Source: a candidate division CPR3 bacterium 4484_211
Lineage (GTDB): Bacteria; Patescibacteriota; 4484-211
Direction of reading: 5' to 3'
DNA: 64,000 nucleotides
Assembly: GCA_002084955.1 (NCBI GenBank)
Contig: MZGJ01000004.1
Location: 3,155-67,154, forward strand
The translations under genes and the position numbers were made by a program. Positions 17,753 to 26,576 of this stretch are shown here, piece by piece. A model generated the notes under the pieces. It saw nothing but the letters and a program-made list of their open reading frames with translations, searched no databases and was not told the DNA's origin. Positions within the stretch are counted from its first letter, which is position 1. Each line of letters starts with the position of its first letter.

Positions 17753-20377
17753 GTGAAATTATTCGGACGTACGCGTAAAAAAACACAATATTGGTTGGCA
17801 AGAGTGGGGCGTAAAAAGAGAAGAAAAAATGCCAAAGCTGTTCGGGCGCGAAGACTGCGAATTTTGTCCTGGGCGGCTATGGTTGGCTTTTTTGTAATTC
17901 TTGCTGGTTTAATTTGCGGTGTCATTCTTATTGCCTATTTTTCTAAAGATCTCCCCTCCCCCACTCAATTGTCCCAGCGCCAGGTTCCCCAGTCGACAAA
18001 AATACTGGCTCGAGATGGAAGGCTGTTATACGAAATTTATGCCGAAGAAAGAAGAACGCTGGTGGAGCTCAAAGATATTCCCCAGTGTTTAATAGACGCC
18101 ACTCTGGCCGCGGAAGATGCCGATTTTTACAAACACCGGGGCGTTGATTTTAGGGGTATAGTCTACAGCCTCTACCGGATTGTTTTTGCCCGTTCTCTGC
18201 AAGGGGGGTCAACTATTTCCCAACAGTTGGTAAAGAATGTGCTTTTAAGTCCCGAACGAACTTTGGTCCGAAAAGCCAAGGAGCTTATTTTGACTTTGGA
18301 AGTTGAGCGCCGGTACACTAAAGATGAGATTTTGCAAATGTATTTTAACGAAGTTCCTTATGGAGGTCAGGCTTGGGGCGTGGGGGCGGCTTCGGAAATG
18401 TATTTCGGCAAAAGTGTAAAGGATATTACTCTGGCTCAGGCGGCGCTTTTGGCTGGTCTGCCTCAGTCGCCCACTCTTTATTCTCCGTATGGCGCTTATC
18501 CAGAAAATGCCAAGGCGCGCCAAGAATATGTCTTAAACCTGATGGTTAAGCATGGCTTCATAAAACCTGAAGAGGCGGAGGAGGCAAAAAAAGCGCCTTT
18601 GGGAATTTTACCTCGCGGAAATAGTATTAAGGCTCCTCATTTTGTGATGTATGTTAAAGGCAGGCTGGTGAACGATTTTGGTGAGAAGATGGTGGAGCAG
18701 GGGGGGCTGAGGGTTTGGACAACACTGGATTTAGATCTGCAAGAGATTGCCGAAAATGAAGTTAAGTATCAAATTGACCGTCTAGCTCAGGTAAATGCCC
18801 GCGCTGGCAATGCCGGTCTGGTGGCGGCCAATCCAGAAAATGGTGAAATTTTGGCCATGGTTGGCTCGCGTGATTATTTTGATGTGGAGCATGACGGGAA
18901 TGTTAATGTTACCCTGGCCAATCGCCAGCCGGGGTCGTCAATTAAACCGATTATGTATGTAACGGCATTTAAAGCGGGGTATACTCCGGCCACCTTTCTG
19001 TCTGATATCTATACCTGTTGGGATTCTCCCGACGAGAAATTTTGCCCTACCGAGTCTGATGGTAAGTATTGGGGGCCAATGCTTCTCCGTGATGCTTTGG
19101 CCAATTCCCGCAATATCCCGGCGGTAAAGATGCTGCAGATGGTGGGGATCCAGAATACAGTTGACATGGCTCATCGTTTGGGGATTACCACGCTTAATGA
19201 TGTTGATCGGTATGGGCTTTCTTTAACTTTGGGTGGAGGTGAGGTTAAACTAATTGATATGGTGCAGGCGTTTTCGGTCTTTGCCGCCGGCGGGGTTAAG
19301 CATGACTTGATACCGATAACAAAGGTTCTAGACAGTAAGGGTAAATTAATTAAGGATTATTCTCAAAGCCAAGGCAAGAGGGTTTTAGAGGAGAAGTATA
19401 CCTATCTTATTAATGATATCTTGTCCGATAATATTGCTCGGCAGAGGCTTTTTGGCGCCCGCAACATGTTGGAAATCGGACGCCCGGCGGCGGTTAAGAC
19501 CGGCACTACCAATGATAATCGCGATGCCTGGTGTATTGGTTATACTCCTCAGCTGGTTGCCGGGGTGTGGGTGGGCAATAACGATAATTCGCCTATGTCC
19601 CCAACTATCCAGGGGTCCACCGGAGCAACTCCTATTTGGCACCACTTCATGCGCCAGGCGTTGGAAGGTCGGGAGGTGAAAACCTGGGGGAGACCCAAAG
19701 AGATTATTGAAGTTGCCGTGGATTCGCTTTCGGGTAAATTGCCTCAGGAAGGCAGACAATTCGGTAAGCGGAAGGAAATTTTTATCAAAGGCACCCAGCC
19801 GACGCAGGTTGATGATTTTCATGTGGTGGTAGATGTCTGTAAAGGCAAGGAATTATTGGCTACTGATTATCATAAAGATCATGGTTTGGCTAAAGAAAAA
19901 ACCTATATTACTCTTAAGGAAATCAATCCTTCCTGGCAGCCTTATACCAACAAGTGGATGGAAAAACATAAGGGTTACGGCAAGCCTCCTACTGAGTATT
20001 GCCCTATTGAGGAGGATGGCAAAGAGGTTGACGAGCCGATTGTGGAGATTGTTTCTCCCGAGGATAAAGAGGAGCTTCAGGTCTATGGATTTGAAGTAGA
20101 GGCTAAGGCCTATTCTAATTCCACCATCACCAGCGTGGAGTTCTACTGGGACGATGTATTGGTAAAGGAAATAACTTCAGTCCCCTATAGAGTCAAATAT
20201 GCCCTTTCTATGAATGAGGAGGGAAAACATGAGATCACAGTTAAGGCTTTTGATAGTGAAGGTGATGAGGGATCGGCGGCAATTACCGTAATTCTGCCAA
20301 TAAAGGAAGAGACGGTTCCTACCCCGACTCCCGAGATAAGTCCGACATTGACCCCCGAACTTACCCCCGAGGAGTAG
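17753..20377 (+). CDS. Class A penicillin-binding protein (PBP1A family) with C-terminal Ig-like domain
   Basis: GT51 motifs ED.DFY.H.GVD and GGSTISQQLVKN; transpeptidase SSIK, SRN and KTGT; GTG start follows TATAAT. Confidence 0.93.
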   Translation: MKLFGRTRKKTQYWLARVGRKKRRKNAKAVRARRLRILSWAAMVGFFVILAGLICGVILIAYFSKDLPSPTQLSQRQVPQSTKILARDGRLLYEIYAEERRTLVELKDIPQCLIDATLAAEDADFYKHRGVDFRGIVYSLYRIVFARSLQGGSTISQQLVKNVLLSPERTLVRKAKELILTLEVERRYTKDEILQMYFNEVPYGGQAWGVGAASEMYFGKSVKDITLAQAALLAGLPQSPTLYSPYGAYPENAKARQEYVLNLMVKHGFIKPEEAEEAKKAPLGILPRGNSIKAPHFVMYVKGRLVNDFGEKMVEQGGLRVWTTLDLDLQEIAENEVKYQIDRLAQVNARAGNAGLVAANPENGEILAMVGSRDYFDVEHDGNVNVTLANRQPGSSIKPIMYVTAFKAGYTPATFLSDIYTCWDSPDEKFCPTESDGKYWGPMLLRDALANSRNIPAVKMLQMVGIQNTVDMAHRLGITTLNDVDRYGLSLTLGGGEVKLIDMVQAFSVFAAGGVKHDLIPITKVLDSKGKLIKDYSQSQGKRVLEEKYTYLINDILSDNIARQRLFGARNMLEIGRPAAVKTGTTNDNRDAWCIGYTPQLVAGVWVGNNDNSPMSPTIQGSTGATPIWHHFMRQALEGREVKTWGRPKEIIEVAVDSLSGKLPQEGRQFGKRKEIFIKGTQPTQVDDFHVVVDVCKGKELLATDYHKDHGLAKEKTYITLKEINPSWQPYTNKWMEKHKGYGKPPTEYCPIEEDGKEVDEPIVEIVSPEDKEELQVYGFEVEAKAYSNSTITSVEFYWDDVLVKEITSVPYRVKYALSMNEEGKHEITVKAFDSEGDEGSAAITVILPIKEETVPTPTPEISPTLTPELTPEE

Positions 20378-20417
20378 TGAATTATTCAACTGTGATAACG
20401 CCTGAGAGGAAGTTCGC

Positions 20418-21503
20418 CTAGAGGTATTCTTCCAGGTGGTTCTTCCCCATTTCTTTTACCAAGTCTTTTATCTTGATGCTTTTATCTTTATGGACAACGA
20501 GGGCGGCGTCCTTGGTATTGACGACTATAAAGCCGTCTAGGCCGACGGCGGTGAGGAGTTTGTTTTTTTCCTGGTTGTAGACCAGGCAGTCACGGCATTG
20601 TAGGGTGAATGTTTTCCCCTTAACCACATTGGCCTTAGGTGAAGTCTGCATGGCCTCTTTTAGGGCGTATAGGGTTCCCGGGTCGCTCCAGCCCATATTA
20701 ATTTTTAACACAATGGCGCTGGAAGGTTTAATTTTTTCCAAGATAGCTTTGTCAAAATCTATACTCTTTAGGGTGGAATATAGTTTGGCAACCACGGCGC
20801 TTTCTTTGTCTGTGTCAAAAACTTTGGACATTTTTACCAGCGTTTTATACATTTGGGGCTGAAATTGCTTGTATAGAGAAAGGACAAAGTCAATTGAGGT
20901 TACCCAATAGCCCGGGTTCCAAAGCCATTTGCCGGATTTAAATATCTTCCTGCATTCTGCAAGAGGCGGCCGATACCACCATCCTTTGAAGGTAAACATG
21001 GGAATTGTGCTTTTGGTTTTTATCTTCTTGCCTATGTGGATCCACCCCAAATTGTTTTCCGCATAGCGGGGCTTTTCGGCAATACAGATGAACCGGCCGG
21101 GGTTTTCCAGTACCAGTTTCTCGCCCAGTTTTAGTCCTCGTTGAAAAGATTTAACATTTTCCATCAGATGGTCGCTCCAAAGAATGGCCACGGGTTCATT
21201 AATTCCCTGTTTCTTGAGCTTCATAAAGGCATAGCCAATGGCCGGGCCGACATCTCTTTTTTCTGGTTCGGCAAAGATGTTGGAGAGGGGAAGTTCGGGG
21301 ATTTGGTTTTTTACGGTGGAAACATATTTTTCCAGGGTTTGAATATAGATGTTGTAAAGGCCGTAAATATCCCGCACTCGCTCTATGGCCATCTGCAGAG
21401 TTGATTTGCCGTTGATAAGTTTATCAAACTGTTTCGGAGAGTTTTTTCTGGACAGAGGCCAAAGCCGTGTCCCGGCCCCTCCGGCGAAAATAATGATTTT
21501 CAA
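20418..21503 (-). CDS. manC: Mannose-1-phosphate guanylyltransferase
   Basis: AGGAGTRLWPLSR...PKQF, EP..RD, SDH, WNPG, GWSD.G. Confidence 0.88.
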   Translation of the reverse strand: MKIIIFAGGAGTRLWPLSRKNSPKQFDKLINGKSTLQMAIERVRDIYGLYNIYIQTLEKYVSTVKNQIPELPLSNIFAEPEKRDVGPAIGYAFMKLKKQGINEPVAILWSDHLMENVKSFQRGLKLGEKLVLENPGRFICIAEKPRYAENNLGWIHIGKKIKTKSTIPMFTFKGWWYRPPLAECRKIFKSGKWLWNPGYWVTSIDFVLSLYKQFQPQMYKTLVKMSKVFDTDKESAVVAKLYSTLKSIDFDKAILEKIKPSSAIVLKINMGWSDPGTLYALKEAMQTSPKANVVKGKTFTLQCRDCLVYNQEKNKLLTAVGLDGFIVVNTKDAALVVHKDKSIKIKDLVKEMGKNHLEEYL

Positions 21504-21608
21504 TCTTCTGGTCAGAAGCTGTCAGCTTTCAGCTTCTGGATTGCTGGGTGACTGGTCATGCTTCTTTATTAACTTTTTTAAGCTGTGCGCTGTCGGCTGT
21601 GAGCCAAA

Positions 21609-23711
21609 TTACCGCCTCACCTTTCCTCCTAGATCTTTTTCTATCATTTTCCCAATTCTCCCTACCAACTCTGTTACTCTCGCATGTGACAGAGATCCCT
21701 TTGGTGATTGAAAGGTTAAATGTATGGCCACCGATTTCTCGTTTTTCTTCATTTTTTGAGGGTCAAGGAAAACATCAAAAATTTCTGCTTCTTTTAACAG
21801 CTGTCCCCCGCTTTCTTTGATTTTTTCCAACAATTTATCTAGGCCTATTTTTTGATTAAGAATTATGGAGATGTCCTGTTTCACTTCCGGGTGCGGATAG
21901 ACTGGACGATATAATTTTTGATCCCGGGATAATTTTAGAAGTGTCTCAAGATTAATTTCTGCGGCGGCCACGGCGGCATCTTGAATGCCGAAATTTTTGA
22001 GTATCGTTGGCGAAATTATTCCCAGTTGTCCCCATGTTGAGTTTTGGGCGGTAATTAGTTGCACTTGAGAGAGATTGTTGTGGAAGCGGCCATCTTTGGG
22101 GAAGGGGTAACCCTTATTATTGTTCAATGGTACAAAGTAGAACTTGTCCAGATTTAACTCCCGAAATAGTCGTTCAATTTCTCCTTTTAGCGAGGCGTAA
22201 AGGCGCAGAGGCGTTAATTCCTTTGCCGCTTTTAAAAGGGCGAGGTGCTCAATTTCCCGGGGTAATTTATCAGTTGGTGATGGGATGATGTGTTTGCCGA
22301 TTTCAAATAAACTAAAGGAATCAAAATACTTTAAATTGGCGGCTGTTTTTTCCAGCAAACCCGGTACCAAAGATTGTCTAAGGAGAGTATGATCTCTTGA
22401 CAGGGGGTTTTTAAGTTTCAGATAGTTTTTAGCCTTTAGCCCAGCGGCGCTGACGACTTTCTCATTGGTAAAGGAATAGTTGTAAATTTCGTTAAACCCT
22501 AGGGCGCGGAGGATGTTTTTTATTTTTCGCCGGAAATAGATAGTTTTATTTAACGGTGTGGGTGATATTTTCCGGAGGGGCAAATCCCTTTTTATGTTGT
22601 TAAATCCGTAAAGTCGGGCAATTTCCTCTAAAAGATCTTCTTCAATGCTTAGGTCCGATCTGAATGTGGGAATGGTAATTTTGATAAGGGGCTGCCTGTT
22701 TTTTAGGGACGATCCCTCGTCAACATCTAATTGGAGGGAATTAAGGTATTCAACGATTTGTTTTAGAGAAAGATTAATGCCCAAGAAGGTTTTGACTCTT
22801 TTGGTATCTAGGATAATTGTTTTTTGTTTCCGCGGCCGTGGGTAGATATCTACAATTTCTGAGATAAGTTGCGCGCCGGCGTGCTTTTTTAAAAGTGCGG
22901 CTGTTTGTTTAAATCCTGCTGCAGCCAGGGCGGGATCCTGTCCTTTTTCAAAGCGGGTGGAAGCGTCGGTTCTTATGCCCAATTTGGAGGAGGCCTTTCG
23001 GATAGAGTACATCTCAAAATTGGCAGATTCGAGCATGATGGTGGAGGTTTTATTGGTAATTTCTGTTTCCTTTCCGCCCATGATGCCGGCAATGGCAATG
23101 GGTTTTTTGTGATCGGCAATGATCATCATGCTGGTCTCTAGCGGATGTGTCTTGCCGTCAATTGTTGTCAGACTTTCGGTGCTCTTGGCTTGCCTGACGC
23201 TTATTTTTAATTTTCCGTTTTTTATGTTTAATTTGTCTGCATCGTATGCATGCATAGGTTGTCCGTATTTGAGCATTACATAATTGGTAAGATCAACTAC
23301 ATTGTTCACCGGACGGAGATCCATGGATTTAAGAAATTGCTGAAGCCACCCTGGTGATTTTCTTACCTCTACAGACAGGACGCCTCCAATGTAGCGGAGG
23401 CAAGAGGAAGTTTGGATATTTATTTCCAGGTTTTTGTTAACGCTGATGCTTTTAGGGGGCATCTTTCTTTGGGGGATGCTTTCCAATTTTGCTTTATAGA
23501 AGGCGGAGATTTCTCTGGCAATTCCCCAATGGGAAAAACAATCCGGGCGATGAGTTAAAGCCTTGTTCTCTATTTCCAAAATGTAATCGTTGCCAATTTT
23601 GCTAACCGACTCCACTTCGGCCAGCTTCCGGCTGAGCTCCTCGGCCAACTCCCGAGGGTTTTTATCAAGTTGCGGCAAAAATTCTTTGAGAAGGTTGTAT
23701 GAAATTTTCAC
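21609..23711 (-). CDS. pheT: Phenylalanine--tRNA ligase beta subunit (short form without the B2 OB domain)
   Basis: HRPDC.SH.GIARE, NNVVD.TNYVM, R.DL..EEDL.EEIAR.YG, C-terminal FDX-ACB. Confidence 0.96.
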   Translation of the reverse strand: MKISYNLLKEFLPQLDKNPRELAEELSRKLAEVESVSKIGNDYILEIENKALTHRPDCFSHWGIAREISAFYKAKLESIPQRKMPPKSISVNKNLEINIQTSSCLRYIGGVLSVEVRKSPGWLQQFLKSMDLRPVNNVVDLTNYVMLKYGQPMHAYDADKLNIKNGKLKISVRQAKSTESLTTIDGKTHPLETSMMIIADHKKPIAIAGIMGGKETEITNKTSTIMLESANFEMYSIRKASSKLGIRTDASTRFEKGQDPALAAAGFKQTAALLKKHAGAQLISEIVDIYPRPRKQKTIILDTKRVKTFLGINLSLKQIVEYLNSLQLDVDEGSSLKNRQPLIKITIPTFRSDLSIEEDLLEEIARLYGFNNIKRDLPLRKISPTPLNKTIYFRRKIKNILRALGFNEIYNYSFTNEKVVSAAGLKAKNYLKLKNPLSRDHTLLRQSLVPGLLEKTAANLKYFDSFSLFEIGKHIIPSPTDKLPREIEHLALLKAAKELTPLRLYASLKGEIERLFRELNLDKFYFVPLNNNKGYPFPKDGRFHNNLSQVQLITAQNSTWGQLGIISPTILKNFGIQDAAVAAAEINLETLLKLSRDQKLYRPVYPHPEVKQDISIILNQKIGLDKLLEKIKESGGQLLKEAEIFDVFLDPQKMKKNEKSVAIHLTFQSPKGSLSHARVTELVGRIGKMIEKDLGGKVRR

Positions 23712-23777
23712 GATGATGCTAATATACAAATAGTACCAATGGTACGAATAGATACGAATGAATTATTGGCGTCATGT

Positions 23778-24824
23778 TTAGAATTGACGGATGAATCTTA
23801 AATCTCCACTGTGAAAATGTCTAATATCCTCAATTCCATATTTCATCATCACCAATCGGTCCAACCCAAATCCCCAGGCGAAACCGGAGTATTTTTGGGG
23901 GTCAATTCCGGCTTCTTTCAATACTTTGGGATGGATCATTCCGGCGCCGGCCAGTTCTATCCATCCGCTTCCTCCACAGGTGGAGCATTGTTTTTTATTC
24001 ATGGTTCCTTTGCCGCGGCAAATGGTGCAGTCTATTAAAAATTCTATCCCCGGTTCGACAAAAGGGAAATAACTTGGCTGAATTTTTATACTAACATCTC
24101 GTTGATAAAATTCGTCTAAGAAAGCTTTAAAAACGCCGATGAGGTGGCGGAGAGTAATGCCCCGATCAACCAACAGGCCTTCTATTTGGTGCAGTGTGTG
24201 CTCGTGTCGTGCGTCGGTAGCTTCGTTGCGAAAACAGCGGCCGACGATAACGGCGCGGAGCGGCGGCTCTTTGGTTGAGAGAATGCGATTTTGCATACTG
24301 GAGGTATGGGTAATAAGGACTAATCCCTGATTTGTCCAGAAGGTGTCCCAGATATCTCGTGCCGGATGTTGCGGGGGCATGTTAAGAGATTCAAAATTAT
24401 GGTAGTCGTCGTCAACTTCTCGGGCCTCAAAGATTTCGAAACCCATGCGGGTAAAGATATCCTCCGCGTATTGGCGCATTTGGGTGATGGGGTGGAGGTG
24501 GCCAAGATTAGTTTTTTCTCCCGGGGCGGTGAGATCAAACCAGTTATTTGGTTCTTGACGGTGGGTTTTGGGGGGTTGGTTTTGTAGATTGGACATCTTT
24601 CGGTCATAGGCTTTTTTGAGGTCGTTTTTTATCTGGTTGATCTGCCGGCCTATTTCCGGTCTTTTGTTGTCGGTAATGCCGGGGAGTTGTTTAATAAGCT
24701 GGGTAATAAGACCCTTCTTTCCCAAATATTGCCGTTTCCACTCCCGCAGTTTGTCTAAATCGAGAAGTTTTTCCAGCTCTCTAGATGCTCTTTTATTGAG
24801 TTCGTTGATGGTCTGTTTATTCAT
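23778..24824 (-). CDS. pheS: Phenylalanine--tRNA ligase alpha subunit
   Basis: HPARD..DTF, THTS, FPFVEP, GFAWG.GLDR. Confidence 0.97.
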   Translation of the reverse strand: MNKQTINELNKRASRELEKLLDLDKLREWKRQYLGKKGLITQLIKQLPGITDNKRPEIGRQINQIKNDLKKAYDRKMSNLQNQPPKTHRQEPNNWFDLTAPGEKTNLGHLHPITQMRQYAEDIFTRMGFEIFEAREVDDDYHNFESLNMPPQHPARDIWDTFWTNQGLVLITHTSSMQNRILSTKEPPLRAVIVGRCFRNEATDARHEHTLHQIEGLLVDRGITLRHLIGVFKAFLDEFYQRDVSIKIQPSYFPFVEPGIEFLIDCTICRGKGTMNKKQCSTCGGSGWIELAGAGMIHPKVLKEAGIDPQKYSGFAWGFGLDRLVMMKYGIEDIRHFHSGDLRFIRQF

Positions 24825-24868
24825 GTATTGTTTAGTTGCCCGATGACCTGGCTGTTTTAAATCTTTTG

Positions 24869-25078
24869 CTAAACATTAAAAAACCAGACGGCGAGCCGCT
24901 TTAGGATAGGAATGACAATGAGGTAGAAGAGGGCAATAAAGGTGCTGGTAATTAGGTATTTGGGTTGGAGCAATTTGGTTGCCACATGGATGGGGTCAGG
25001 GCGTGCCCGATATTCGTACCAGGCGAAGAAAATTTGTAAGCCGGCAAAGATAATAAGAGCTTGCTGGATGACGGTCAT
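24869..25078 (-). CDS. Small two-TM hypothetical protein
   Basis: Two hydrophobic segments; co-oriented between rplT and pheS. Confidence 0.45.
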   Translation of the reverse strand: MTVIQQALIIFAGLQIFFAWYEYRARPDPIHVATKLLQPKYLITSTFIALFYLIVIPILKRLAVWFFNV

Positions 25079-25140
25079 TTTCTTTAATCCCCTAGCCGTT
25101 CTATGCAGGGGTGAAGTTAGTTTAGCCAGTTAAAGGCCTT

Positions 25141-25500
25141 TTACGGTGTTTGCGTTTTTAAAGCTATATTCACTATCTTATTAAATGTTTCCGGATCGTG
25201 GGCGGCGATCTGACTTAGAACCTTGCGGTTGAGCTGAATGTTTGCTTGCTTTAGTTTATGTATAAACACACTATAGGAAATTTGGTGGTCTCTAAGGGCT
25301 CCATTGAGGCGCATAATCCAGAGTTTTCTCATATTTCTTTTTTTAAGCCGGCGGGATTTGTAGGCATATGCCGCGGCGTGCAAGACACCTTCTTTGGCTC
25401 CTTTAAAGGTGGTGCGGCGGTGTTCCCTAAATCCCTTGGCCAGTTGGCGTATTTTTTTATGTCTCGCTCGGCGAACGGTTCCAGTCTTGGTTCTGGGCAT
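25141..25500 (-). CDS. rplT: 50S ribosomal protein L20
   Basis: MPRTKTG..RR.RHKK....AKGF, R.LWI.R.N, LNRKVLS. Confidence 0.97.
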   Translation of the reverse strand: MPRTKTGTVRRARHKKIRQLAKGFREHRRTTFKGAKEGVLHAAAYAYKSRRLKKRNMRKLWIMRLNGALRDHQISYSVFIHKLKQANIQLNRKVLSQIAAHDPETFNKIVNIALKTQTP

Positions 25501-25549
25501 GATAAAAAAAGCGTAAAAATGCAAGACGCAAAACTTAAAACTCAGCGTT

Positions 25550-25726
25550 TCAATGTGAAACTAGAAAATTCTTGAGTTTTGGCGTTGTACTTTGGCGGCT
25601 TGTAGTTTTGCGGCTTTGTTTTGTTTTGAGATGAGAAGTTTGCACATGTCCGCGCAAAAGCTTTCCCTTGCCTCCTTTGGTGATCTTTATTCTTTTTTTA
25701 AGCCCCTTGTGGGTTTTTAATTTCAT
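25550..25726 (-). CDS. rpmI: 50S ribosomal protein L35, absent from the ORF track
   Basis: Hand translation MKLKTHKGLKKRIKITKGGKGKLLRGHVQTSHLKTKQSRKTTSRQSTTPKLKNFLVSH*; lies between infC and rplT. Confidence 0.9.
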   Translation of the reverse strand: MKLKTHKGLKKRIKITKGGKGKLLRGHVQTSHLKTKQSRKTTSRQSTTPKLKNFLVSH

Positions 25727-25908
25727 GGCATTAAAGTTTTAAAATGTCAAAGAGATATTTTTTCGCTTCATGTTTCTGGTCGGTTGTTGCTTTTTTAATG
25801 AGACTCGAGAAATGCCAGCTTTAGTGCAGATTTTTTGCCGGTTGAATTGAACCCCGAACCGGGCTTATTCTGGACCTGTTCTGGTCTGGGGAGGCTGAGC
25901 CTTTGATG

Positions 25909-26433
25909 TTATTTTGGTCTTACGATTACCATCAGCCTTTTCCCTTCAAACCAAGGTTCTTTTTCCACCTCAGCGATATCTTCTAAAGCTGAAAGAATTT
26001 GGTTTATCTTTGCCTCGCCTACTTTTTTGTGAGTTATCTGACGTCCTAGGAATTGGACGATAAATTTTATTTTATTGCCGTCTTCAAGGAACTCGCGGGC
26101 CCTTTTTAGTCTTATTTCTAGGTCGTGAGGACCGATATTAGGTTTAAACCTTAGTTGTTTTAATTCCTGAGTTTTTTTCTTCTTCCCTCTAAGTGATTGT
26201 TGTTTCTGTTTTTTCTTTTCGTAGATAAATTTTTTAAGTTCTAAGATCTTAGCCACTGGCGGATCAGCTTTCTGGTTTACCACTACCAGATCCAATCCCT
26301 GCTCCTGGGCTTTCTTTAGGCCTTCCTCCCGCGTCATTTCACCCAAATTTTCTCCTTCGGGAGAAATCACCAGAACTTTAGGTGATTGAATATTAAAATT
26401 GGCTGGAAAATAAATTCCTGTGTTTCTTCTGAT
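25909..26433 (-). CDS. infC: Translation initiation factor IF-3, probable ATC start
   Basis: IF3 motifs N..I....V.VI..EG..LG, LDLV.V, KQLRFKPNI..HD; the frame extends 21 codons upstream of the track start to ATC26433 and is closed by an in-frame TGA. Confidence 0.93.
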   Translation of the reverse strand: MRRNTGIYFPANFNIQSPKVLVISPEGENLGEMTREEGLKKAQEQGLDLVVVNQKADPPVAKILELKKFIYEKKKQKQQSLRGKKKKTQELKQLRFKPNIGPHDLEIRLKRAREFLEDGNKIKFIVQFLGRQITHKKVGEAKINQILSALEDIAEVEKEPWFEGKRLMVIVRPK

Positions 26434-26439
26434 GGGGAA

Positions 26440-26468
26440 ATGATATCAGAAAATGCTTGCTAAGGCAA
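26440..26468 (-). promoter_or_regulatory. Sigma70-type promoter of infC (leaderless geometry)
   Basis: TTGCCT-17 bp-TATCAT, then 6 nt to the ATC. Confidence 0.6.
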
Positions 26469-26576
26469 GCATAATTTTCTACTTAACATATATTCATTTA
26501 ACTTTTTAACGTAGGTTTGGGGATTCAATAGAGGGAGGCGCTAATTGGTAATCAGACGATAAATGATAAAGTCACC

